A program made the position numbers and the translations under genes. The notes beneath the pieces were generated by a model. It had not been told where the DNA came from. It did not search any database and saw only the letters and a program-made list of their open reading frames with translations. Below, piece by piece: positions 1 to 11,675 of a DNA stretch of 13,619 bases. Numbering within the stretch: position 1 is the stretch's first letter; every line of letters starts with the position of its first letter. This DNA is from Azolla caroliniana (Eukaryota; Plantae; Polypodiophyta), in contig JBHGNT010000937.1 in the NCBI GenBank assembly GCA_043228905.1, positions 1-13,619 of the forward strand. Reading direction: 5' to 3'.

Positions 1-231
1 GTGTTCAAACATGCGAATCGAAGCTAACAACGCTAGCTATGATATAGAATTAAGAAATCAAGATTTTGAAACTCAGGTCGAGAGACATGATGAAATTACC
101 AAATTTGAGGAGTGAGTTAAGACGAGCTCGTGGGTAAACGAAAATATTCATACCTAGCTTGTGTCATATCGGATTTTTGTGTTCAAACATGCGAATCGAA
201 GCTAACAACGCTAGCTATGATATGGAATTAA

Positions 232-245
232 AAAATCAAGATTTT
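232..245. repeat. Short dyad AAAATC-AA-GATTTT at monomer positions 54-67 (example in M2; present in most monomers)
   Basis: 6-bp reverse-complement arms with a 2-nt spacer, read directly from the sequence. Confidence 0.8.
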
Positions 246-521
246 GAAACTCAGGTCAACAGACATGACGAAATTACCAAATTTGAGGAGTGAGTTGAGA
301 GCAGCTAGTGGGTAAACGAAAATGTTCATACCTAGCTCGTGTGATATCGGATTTTTGTGTTCAAACATGCGAATCGAAGCTAACAACGCTAGCTATGATA
401 TGGAATTAAAAAATCAAGATTTTGAAACTCAGGTCGACAGACATGACGAAATTACCAAATTTGAGTAGTGAGTTGAGAGGAGCCCTTGAGTAAATCAAAA
501 TGTTCATACCTGGCTCGTGTC

Positions 522-2226
522 ATATCGGAGTTTTGTGTTCAAACATGCGAATCGAAGCTAACAACGCTAGCTATGATATGGAATTAAAAAATCAAGATTT
601 TGAAACTCAGGTCGACGGACATGACGAAATTACCAAATTTGAGTAGTGAGTTGAGAGGAGCCCTTGAGTAAATTAAAATGTTCATACCTGGCTCGTGTCA
701 TATCGGACTTTTGTGTTCAAACATGCGAATCGAAGCTAACAGCGCTAGCTATTATATGGAATTAAAAAATCAAGATTTTGAAACTCAGGTCGAGAGACAT
801 GACGAAATTTCCAAATTTGAGGAGTGAGTTAAGAAGAGCTAGGAGGTAAATTAAAATGTTCATACCTGGCTCGTGTGATATCGGATTTTTGTGTTCAAAC
901 ATGCGAATCGAAGCTAACAGCGCTAGCTATTATATGGAATTAAGAAATCAAGATTTTGAAACTCAGGCCGAGAGACATGACAAAATTTCCAAATTTGAGA
1001 AGTGAATTGAGAAGAGCTAGGAGGTAAATTAAATAGTTCATACCTGGCTCGTGTGATATCGGATTTGTGTGTTCAAACATGCGAATCGAAGCTAACAATG
1101 CTAGCTATGATATGGATTTATAAAATCAAGATTTTGAAACTCAGGTCGAGAGACATGAAGAAATTACCAAATTTGAGGAGTGAGTTGAGAGGAGCCCTTC
1201 AGTAAATTAAAATGTTCATACCTGGCACGTGTGATATCGGATTTTTGTGTTCAAACATGCGAATCGAAGCTAACAACCCTAGCTATGATATGGAATTAAG
1301 AAATCAAGATTTAGAAACTCAGGTCGAGAGACATGATGAAATTACCAAATTTGAGGAGTGAGTTAAGACCAGCTAGTGGGTAAACGAAAATGTTCATACC
1401 TAGCTCGTGTGATATCGGATTTTTGTGTTCAAACATGCGAATCGAAGCTAACAACGCTAGTTATGATATGGAATTAAAAAATCAAGATTTTGAATCTCAG
1501 GTCGACAGACATGACGAAATTACCAAATTTGAGGAGTGAGTTGAGAAGAGCCCCTGAGTAAATGAAAATGTTCATACCTGGCTCGTGTGATATCGGAGTT
1601 TTGTGTTCAAACATGCGAATCGAAGCTAACAACGCTAGCTATGATATGGAATTAAAAAATCAAGATTTTGAAACTCAGGTCGACGGACATGACGAAATTA
1701 CCAAATTTGAGTAGTGAGTTGAGAGGAGCCCTTGAGTAAATTAAAATGTTCATACCTGGCTCGTGTCATATCGGACTTTTGTGTTCAAACATGCGAATCG
1801 AAGCTAACAGCGCTAGCTATTATATGGAATTAAAAAATCAAGATTTTGAAACTCAGGTCGAGAGACATGACGAAATTTCCAAATTTGAGGAGTGAGTTAA
1901 GAAGAGCTAGGAGGTAAATTAAAATGTTCATACCTGGCTCGTGTGATATCGGATTTTTGTGTTCAAACATGCGAATCGAAGCTAACAGCGCTAGCTATTA
2001 TATGGAATTAAGAAATCAAGATTTTGAAACTCAGGTCGAGAGACATGACAAAATTTCCAAATTTGAGAAGTGAGTTGAGAAGAGCTAGGAGGTAAATTAA
2101 ATAGTTCATACCTGGCTCGTGTGATATCGGATTTTTGTGTTCAAACATGCGAATCGAAGCTAACAATGCTAGCTATGATATGGATTTATAAAATCAAGAT
2201 TTTGAAACTCAGGTCGAGAGACATGA
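522..2226. repeat. Higher-order duplication, 6-monomer offset: 522-1158 repeated at 1590-2226
   Basis: Offset 1068 = 6x178. Shared rare variants occur in the same order: GTCGACGGAC, GGACTTTT, AACAGCG/TATTAT twice, TTTGAGAAG, GGATTTATAAAAT. Three mismatches seen, all M6 vs M12. Confidence 0.93.
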
Positions 2227-2351
2227 CGAAATTTCCAAATTTGAGGAGTGAGTTGAGAGGAGCCCTTGAGTAAATCAAAATGTTCATACCTGGCTCGTGT
2301 CATATCGGATTTTTGTGTTCAAACATGCGAATCGAAGCTAACAATACTACC

Positions 2352-5300
2352 TATGATATGGAATTAAAAAATCAAGATTTTGAAACTCAGGTCGACAGAC
2401 ATGACGAAATTACCAAATTTGAGTAGTGAGTTGAGAGGAGCCCTTGAGTAAATCAAAATGTTCATACCTGGCTCGTGTGATATCGGATTTCTGTGTTCAA
2501 ACATGCGAATCGAAGCTAACAATGCTAGCTATGATATGGAATTAAATAATCAAGATTTGGAAACTCAGGTCGAGAGACATGACGAAATTTCCAAATTTGA
2601 GGAGTGAGTTGAGAAGAGCTAGGAGGTAAATTAAATAGTTCATACCTGGCTCGTGTGATATCGGATTTTTGTGTTCAAACATGCGAATCGAAGCTAACAA
2701 CGCTAGCTATGATATGGAATTAAAAAATCAAGATTTTGAAACTCAGGTCGACAGACATGACGAAATTACCAAATTTGAGGAGTGAGTTGAGAAGAACCCT
2801 TGAGTAAATGAAAATGTTCATACCTGGCTCGTGTGATATCGGAGTTTTGTGTTCAAACATGCGAATCGAAGCTAACAACGCTAGCTCTGAAATGGAATTA
2901 AAAAATCAAGATTTTGAAACTCAGGTCGAGATACATGACGAAATTACCAAATTTGAGGATTGAGTTGAGAGGAGCCCTTGAGTAAATCAAAATGTTCATA
3001 CCTGGCTCGTGTCCTATCGGATTTTTGTGTTCAAACATGCGAATCGAAGCTAACAACGCTAGCTATGATATGGAATTAAAAAATCAAGATTTTGAAACTC
3101 AGGTCGAGAGACATGACGAAATTTCCAAATTTGAGGAGTGAGTTGAGAAGAGCCCTTGAATAAATGAAAATGTTCATACCTGGCTCGTGTGATATCGGAG
3201 TTTTGTGTTCAAACATGCGAATCGAAGCTAACAACGCTAGCTATGATATGGAATTAAAAAATCAATATTTTGAAACTCAGGTCGAGAGACATGAACGAAA
3301 TTTCCAAATTTGAGGAGTGAGTTGAGAGTAGCCCTTGAGTAAATGAAAATGTTCATACCTCGCTCGTGTGATATCGGAGTTTTGTGTTCAAACATGCGAA
3401 TCGAAGCTAACAACGCTAGCTATGATATGGAATTAAAAAATCAAGATTTTGAAACTCAGGTCGACAGACATGACGAAATTACCAAATTTGAGGAGTGAGT
3501 TGAGAGGAGCCCTTGAGTAAATCGAAATGTTCATACCTGGCTCGTGTCATATCGGATTTTTGTGTTCAAACATGCGAATCGAAGCTAACAGCGCTAGCTA
3601 TTATATGGAATTAAGAAATCAAGATTTTGAAACTCAGGTCGAGAGACATGACAAAATTTCCAAATTTGAGGAGTGAGTTGAGAGGAGCCCTTGAGTAAAT
3701 CAAAATGTTCATACCTGGCTCGTGTCATATCGGATTTTTGTGTTCAAACATGCGAATCGAAGCTAACAATGCTAGTTATGATATGGAATTAAAAAATCAA
3801 GATTTTGAAACTCAGGTCGACAGACATGACGAAATTACCAAATTTGAGGAGTGAGTTGAGAGCAGCTAGTGGGTAAACAAAAATGTTCATACCTAGCTCG
3901 TGTGATATCGGATTTTTGTGTTCAAACTTGCGAATCGAAGCTAACAACGCTAGTTATGATATGGAATTAAAAAATCAAGATTTTGAAACTCAGGTCGACA
4001 GACATGACGAAATTACCAAATTTGAGGAGTGAGTTGAGAAGAGCCCTTGAGTAAATGAAAATGTTCATACCTGGCTCGTGTGATATCGGAGTTTTGTGTT
4101 CAAACATGCGAATCGAAGCTAACAACGCTAGCTATGATATGGAATTAAAAAATCAAGATTTTGAAACTCAGGTCGACAGACATGACGAAATTACCAAATT
4201 TGAGTAGTGAGTTGAGAGGAGCCCTTGAGTAAATTAAAATGTTCATACCTGGCTCGTGTCATATCGGAGTTTTGTGTTCAAACATGCGAATCGAAGCTAA
4301 CAGCGCTAGCTATTATATGGAATTAAAAAATCAAGATTTTGAAACTCAGGTCGAGAGACATGACAAAATTTCCAAATTTGAGGAGTGAGTTGAGAAGAGC
4401 TAGGAGGTAAATTAAATAGTTCATACCTAGCTCGTGTGATATCGGATTTTTGTGTTCAAACATGCGAATCGAAGCTAACAACGCTAGTTATGATATGGAA
4501 TTAAAAAATCAAGATTTTGAATCTCAGGTCGAGAGACATGACGAAATTTCCAAATTTGAGGAGTGAGTTGAGAAGAGCCCTTGAATAAATGAAAATGTTC
4601 ATACCTGGCTCGTGTGATATCGGAGTTTTGTGTTCAAACATGCGAATCGAAGCTAACAACGCTAGCTATGATATGGAATTAAAAAATCAAGATTTTGAAA
4701 CTCAGGTCGAGAGACATGACGAAATTTCCAAATTTGAGGAGTGAGTTGAGAGGAGCCCTTGAGTAAATCAAAATGTTCATACCTGGCTCGTGTCATATCG
4801 GATTTTTGTGTTCAAACATGCGAATCGAAGCTAACAATGCTAGTTATGATATGGAATTAAAAAATCAAGATTTTGAAACTCAGGTCGACAGACATGACGA
4901 AATTACCAAATTTGAGTAGTGAGTTGAGAGGAGCCCTTGAGTAAATCAAAATGTTCATACCTGGCTCGTGTGATATCGGATTTCTGTGTTCAAACATGCG
5001 AATCGAAGCTAACAATGCTAGCTATGATATGGAATTAAATAATCAAGATTTGGAAACTCAGGTCGAGAGACATGACGAAATTTCCAAATTTGAGGAGTGA
5101 GTTGAGAAGAGCTAGGAGGTAAATTAAATAGTTCATACCTGGCTCGTGTGATATCGGATTTTTGTGTTCAAACATGCGAATCGAAGCTAACAACGCTAGC
5201 TATGATATGGAATTAAAAAATCAAGATTTTGAAACTCAGGTCGACAGACATGACGAAATTACCAAATTTGAGGAGTGAGTTGAGAAGAACCCTTGAGTAA

Positions 5301-6083
5301 ATGAAAATGTTCATACCTGGCTCGTGTGATATCGGAGTTTTGTGTTCAAACATGCGAATCGAAGCTAACAACGCTAGCTCTGAAATGGAATTAAAAAATC
5401 AAGATTTTGAAACTCAGGTCGAGATACATGACGAAATTACCAAATTTGAGGATTGAGTTGAGAGGAGCCCTTGAGTAAATCAAAATGTTCATACCTGGCT
5501 CGTGTCCTATCGGATTTTTGTGTTCAAACATGCGAATCGAAGCTAACAACGCTAGCTATGATATGGAATTAAAAAATCAAGATTTTGAAACTCAGGTCGA
5601 GAGACATGACGAAATTTCCAAATTTGAGGAGTGAGTTGAGAAGAGCCCTTGAATAAATGAAAATGTTCATACCTGGCTCGTGTGATATCGGAGTTTTGTG
5701 TTCAAACATGCGAATCGAAGCTAACAACGCTAGCTATGATATGGAATTAAAAAATCAATATTTTGAAACTCAGGTCGAGAGACATGAACGAAATTTCCAA
5801 ATTTGAGGAGTGAGTTGAGAGTAGCCCTTGAGTAAATGAAAATGTTCATACCTCGCTCGTGTGATATCGGAGTTTTGTGTTCAAACATGCGAATCGAAGC
5901 TAACAACGCTAGCTATGATATGGAATTAAAAAATCAAGATTTTGAAACTCAGGTCGACAGACATGACGAAATTACCAAATTTGAGGAGTGAGTTGAGAGG
6001 AGCCCTTGAGTAAATCGAAATGTTCATACCTGGCTCGTGTCATATCGGATTTTTGTGTTCAAACATGCGAATCGAAGCTAACA
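2352..6083. repeat. Higher-order duplication, 14-monomer offset: 2352-3590 repeated at 4845-6083
   Basis: Offset 2493 = 14x178+1. The 1239 bp show no mismatch by eye. Both copies share TAAATAAT, GATTTGGAA, ATCAATATTT, the ATGAACG 1-bp insertion, CCTCGCTC and AATCGAAAT. Confidence 0.95.
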
Positions 6084-8577
6084 ACGCTAGTTATGATATG
6101 GAATTAAAAAATCAAGATTTTGAAACTCAGGTTGACAGACATGACGAAATTACCAAATTTGAGGAGTGAGTTGAGAGGAGCCCTTGAGTAAATCAAAATG
6201 TTCATACCTTGCTCGTGTGATATCCGATTTCTGTGTTCAAACATGCGAATCGAAGCTAACAATGCTAGCTATGATATGGAATTAAAAAATCAAGATTTTG
6301 AAACTCAGGTCGAGAGACATGACGAAATTACCAAATTTGAGGAGTGAGTTAAGAAGAGCTAGGAGGTAAATTAAAATGTTCATACCTGGCTCGTGTGATA
6401 TCGGATTTCTGTGTTCAAACATGCGAATCGAAGCTAACAACGCTAGCTATGATATGGAATTAAAAAATCAAGATTTTAAAACTCAGGTCGACAGACACGA
6501 CGAAATTACCAAATTTAGGGAGTGAGTTGAGAGGAGCCCTTGAGTAAATTAAAATGTTCATACCTGGCTCGTGTCATATCGGATTTTTGTGTTCAAACAT
6601 GCAAATCGAAGCTAACAACACTACCTATGATATGGAATTAAAAAATCAAGATTTTTAAACTCAGGTCGAGAGACATGACGAACTTACCAAATTTGAGGGG
6701 TGAGTTGAGAGGAGCCCTTGAGTAAATCAAAATGTTCATACCTGGCTCGTGTCATATCGGATTTTTGTGTTCAAACATGCGAATCGAAGCTAGCAACGCT
6801 AGTTATGATATGGAATTAAAAAATCAAGATTTTGAAACTCAGGTCGAGAGACATGACGAAATTTCCAAATTTGAGGAGTGAATTGAGAAGAGCTAGGAGG
6901 TAAATTAAATAGTTCATACCTGGCTCGTGTGATATCGGATTTTTGTGTTCAAACATGCGAATCGAAGCTAACAACGCTAGCTATGATATGGAATTAAAAA
7001 ATCAAGATTTTGAAACTCAGGTCGACAGACATGACGAAATTACCAAATTTGAGGAGTGAGTTGAGAAGAACCCTTGAGTAAATGAAAATGTTCATACCTG
7101 GCTCGTGTGATATCGGAGTTTTGTGTTCAAACATGCGAATCGAAGCTAAGAACGCTAGCTCTGAAATGGAATTAAAAAATCAAGATTTTGAAACTCAGGT
7201 CGAGATACATGACGAAATTACCAAATTTGAGGAGTGAGTTGAGAGGAGCCCTTGAGTAAATCAAAATGTTCATACCTGGCTCGTGTCATATCGGATTTTT
7301 GTGTTCAAACATGCGAATCGAAGCTAACAATGCTAGCTATGATATGGAATTAAAAAATCAAGATTTTGAAACGCAGGTCGAGAGACATGACGAAATTTCC
7401 AAATTTGAGGAGTGAGTTGAGAAGAGCCCTTGAGTAAATGAAAATGTTCATACCTGGCTCGTGTGATATCAGAGTTTTGTGTTCAAACATGCGAATCGAA
7501 GCTAACAACGCTAGCTATGATATGGAATTAAAAAATCAAGATTTTGAAACTCAGGTCGAGAGATATGACGAAATTACCAAATTTGAGGAGTGAGTTAAGA
7601 GGAGCCCTTGAGTAAATGAAAATGTTCATACCTGGCTCGTGTCATATCGGATTTTTGTGTTCAAACATGCGAATCGAAGCTAACAATACTACCTATGATA
7701 TGGAATTAAAAAATCAAGATTTTGAAACTCAGGTCGACAGACATGACGAAATTACCAAATTTGAGTAGTGAGTTGAGAGGAGCCCTTGAGTAAATCAAAA
7801 TGTTCATACCTGACTCGTGTGATATCGGATTTCTGTGTTCAAATATGCGAATCGAAGCTAACAATGCTAGCTATGATATGGAATTAAAAAATCAAGATTT
7901 TGAAACTCAGGTCGAGAGACATGACGAAATTTCCAAATTTGAGGAGTGAGTTGAGAAGAGCTAGGAGGTAAATTAAATAGTTCATACCTGGCTCGTGTAA
8001 TATCGGATTTTTGTGTTCAAACATGCGAATCGAAGCTAACAACGCTAGCTATGATATGGAATTGAAAAATCAAGATTTTGAAACTCAGGTCGACAGACAT
8101 GACGAAATTACCAAATTTGAGGAGTGAGTTGAGAAGAACCCTTGAGTAAATGAAAATGTTCATACCTGGCTCGTGTGATATCGGAGTTTTGTGTTCAAAC
8201 ATGCGAATCGAAGCTAACAACGCTAGCTCTGAAATGGAATTAAAAAATCAAGATTTTGAAACTCAGGTCGAGATACATGACGAAATTACCAAATTTGAGG
8301 ATTGAGTTGAGAGGAGCCCTTGAGTAAATCAAAATGTTCATACCTGGCTCGTGTCCTATCGGATTTTTGTGTTCAAACATGCGAATCGAAGCTAACAACG
8401 CTAGCTATGATATGGAATTAAAAAATCAAGATTTTGAAACTCAGGTCGAGAGACATGACGAAATTACCAAATTTGAGGAGTGAGTTGAGAGGAGCCCTTG
8501 AGTAAATCAAAATGTTCATACCTTGCTCGTGTGATATCGGATTTCTGTGTTCAAACATGCGAATCGAAACTAACAAT

Positions 8578-11500
8578 GCTAGCTATGATATGGAATTAAA
8601 AAATCAAGATTTTGAAACTCAGGTCGAGAGACATGACGAAATTACCAAACTTGAGGAAGTAGTGGAGAGGAGCCCTTGAGTAAAGGAAAATGTTCATACC
8701 TGGCTCGTGTGATATCGGATTTTTGTGTTCAAACATGCGAATCGAAGCTAACAACGCTAGCTATGATATGGAATTAAAAAATCAAGATTTTGAAACTCAG
8801 GTCGAGAGACATGACGAACTTACCAAATTTGAGGGGTGAGTTGAGAGGAGCCCTTGAGTAAATCAAAATGTTCATACCTGGCTCGTGTCATATCGGATTT
8901 TTGTGTTCAAACATGCGAATCGAAGCTAACAACGCTAGTTATGATATGGAATTAAAAAATCAAGATTTTGAAACTTAGGTTGACAGACATGACGAAATTA
9001 CCAAATTTGAGGAGTGAGTTGAGAGGAGCCCTTGAGTAAATCAAAATGTTCATACCTTGCTCGTGTGATATCGGATTTCTGTGTTCAAACATGCGAATCG
9101 AAGCTAACAATGCTAGCTATGATATGGAATTAAAAAATCAAGATTTTGAAACTCAGGTCGACAGACATGACGAAATTACCAAATTTGAGGAGTGAGTTGA
9201 GAAGAACCCTTGAGTAAATGAAAATGTTCATACCTGGCTCGTGTGATATCGGAGTTTTGTGTTCAAACATGCGAATCGAAGCTAACAACGCTAGCTCTGA
9301 AATGGAATCAAAAAATCAAGATTTTGAAACTCAGGTCGAGATACATGACGAAATTACCAAATTTGAGGATTGAGTTGAGAGGAGCCCTTGAGTAAATCAA
9401 AATGTTCATACCTGGCTCGTGTCCTATCGGATTTTTGTGTTCAAACATGCGAATCGAAGCTAACAACGCTAGCTATGATATGGAATTAAAAAATCAAGAT
9501 TTTGAAACTCAGGTCGAGAGACATGACGAAATTTCCAAATTTGAGGAGTGAGTTGAGAAGAGCCCTTGAATAAATGAAAATGTTCATACCTGGCTCGTGT
9601 GATATCGGAGTTTTGTGTTCAAACATGCGAATCGAAGCTAACAACGCTAGCTATGATATGGAATTAAAAAATCAAGATTTTGAAACTCAGGTCGAGAGAC
9701 ATGACGAAATTACCAAATTTGAGTAGTGAGTTGAGAGGAGCCCTTGAGTAAATTAAAATGTTCATACCTGGCTCGTGTGATATCAGAGTTTTGTGTTCAA
9801 ACATGCGAATCGAAGCTAACAACGCTAGCTATGATATGGAATTAAGAAATCAAGATTTTGAAACTCAGGTCGAGAGACATGAGGAAATTACCAAATTTGA
9901 GGAGTGAGTTAAGACGAGCTAGTGGGTAAACGAAAATGTTCATACCTAGCTCGTGTGATATCGGATTTTTGTGTTCAAACATGCGAATCGAAGCTAACAA
10001 CGCTAGCTATGATATGGAATTAAAAAATCAAGATTTTGAAACTCAGGTCGAGAGACATGACGAAATTACCAAACTTGAGGAAGTAGTGGAGAGGAGCCCT
10101 TGAGTAAAGGAAAATGTTCATACCTGGCTCGTGTGATATCGGATTTTTGTGTTCAAACATGCGAATCGAAGCTAACAACGCTAGCTATGATATGGAATTA
10201 AAAAATCAAGATTTTGAAACTCAGGTCGAGAGACATGACGAACTTACCAAATTTGAGGGGTGAGTTGAGAGGAGCCCTTGAGTAAATCAAAATGTTCATA
10301 CCTGGCTCGTGTCATATCGGATTTTTGTGTTCAAACATGCGAATCGAAGCTAACAACGCTAGTTATGATATGGAATTAAAAAATCAAGATTTTGAAACTT
10401 AGGTTGACAGACATGACGAAATTACCAAATTTGAGGAGTGAGTTGAGAGGAGCCCTTGAGTAAATCAAAATGTTCATACCTTGCTCGTGTGATATCGGAT
10501 TTCTGTGTTCAAACATGCGAATCGAAGCTAACAATGCTAGCTATGATATGGAATTAAAAAATCAAGATTTTGAAACTCAGGTCGACAGACATGACGAAAT
10601 TACCAAATTTGAGGAGTGAGTTGAGAAGAACCCTTGAGTAAATGAAAATGTTCATACCTGGCTCGTGTGATATCGGAGTTTTGTGTTCAAACATGCGAAT
10701 CGAAGCTAACAACGCTAGCTCTGAAATGGAATCAAAAAATCAAGATTTTGAAACTCAGGTCGAGATACATGACGAAATTACCAAATTTGAGGATTGAGTT
10801 GAGAGGAGCCCTTGAGTAAATCAAAATGTTCATACCTGGCTCGTGTCCTATCGGATTTTTGTGTTCAAACATGCGAATCGAAGCTAACAACGCTAGCTAT
10901 GATATGGAATTAAAAAATCAAGATTTTGAAACTCAGGTCGAGAGACATGACGAAATTTCCAAATTTGAGGAGTGAGTTGAGAAGAGCCCTTGAATAAATG
11001 AAAATGTTCATACCTGGCTCGTGTGATATCGGAGTTTTGTGTTCAAACATGCGAATCGAAGCTAACAACGCTAGCTATGATATGGAATTAAAAAATCAAG
11101 ATTTTGAAACTCAGGTCGAGAGACATGACGAAATTTCCAAATTTGAGGAGTGAGTTGAGAGTAGCCCTTGAGTAAATCAAAATGTTCATACCTGGCTCGT
11201 GTGATATCGGAGTTTTGTGTTCAAACATGCGAATCGAAGCTAACAACGCTAGCTATGATATGGAATTAAAAAATCAAGATTTTGAAACTCAGGTCGACAG
11301 ACATGACGAAATTACCAAATTTGAGTAGTGAGTTGAGAGGAGCCCTTGAGTAAATTAAAATGTTCATACCTGGCTCGTGTGATATCAGAGTTTTGTGTTC
11401 AAACATGCGAATCGAAGCTAACAACGCTAGCTATGATATGGAATTAAGAAATCAAGATTTTGAAACTCAGGTCGAGAGACATGAGGAAATTACCAAATTT

Positions 11501-11675
11501 GAGGAGTGAGTTAAGACGAGCTAGTGGGTAAACGAAAATGTTCATACCTAGCTCGTGTGATATCGGATTTTTGTGTTCAAACATGCGAATCGAAGCTAAC
11601 AACGCTAGCTATGATATGGAATTAAAAAATCAAGATTTTGAAACTCAGGTCGAGAGACATGACGAAATTACCAAA
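8578..11675. repeat. Tandem higher-order duplication, 8/9-monomer offset: 8578-9711 = 10002-11135, and 9697-10073 = 11299-11675
   Basis: Offsets are 1424 (8x178) then 1602 (9x178). Shared variants: AAACTTGAGGAAGTAGTGG...AAAGG, AACTTACC/GAGGGG, AACTTAGGTTGAC, GGAATCAAAA, ATGAGGAAA, AAGACGAGCTAGTGGG. Confidence 0.94.
9914..9954. repeat. 9-bp perfect inverted repeat ACGAGCTAG...CTAGCTCGT in C-type monomer M56 (second copy at 11516-11556)
   Basis: Arms 9914-9922 and 9946-9954 are exact reverse complements. The inner GTA/TAC and AAC/GTT could extend the stem with bulges around a GAAAAT loop. Confidence 0.85.

Noticed and set aside
1-178. Identity with Arabidopsis CEN178, alpha satellite, or 5S rDNA/tRNA tandem arrays
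   Set aside because: Only the unit length is similar. I see none of the sequence hallmarks of these families, though this is from memory and not a database search.
254-280. Satellite-encoded hammerhead ribozyme (as in newt, schistosome and cave-cricket satellites), prompted by ATGACGAAA and GTC-GAGA-GAC
   Set aside because: The consensus has no CTGANGA core on either strand, and no stem II separates the TGACGA and GAAA elements. An Infernal/Rfam scan would be the formal test.
2828-2843. CENP-B-box-like motif CTCGTGTGATATCGGA (monomer positions 158-173)
   Set aside because: Only 6 of 9 essential bases of TTCGNNNNANNCGGG match in register (7 of 9 with a 1-nt gap). This is not a canonical box and is plausible by chance.
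8017-8220. 67-aa minus-strand ORF from the ORF track
   Set aside because: It is ordinary satellite sequence. A private A>G at 8064 turns the minus-strand TAA of other monomers into CAA. The start codon is TTG, I recognise no protein motif, and 178 is not a multiple of 3.
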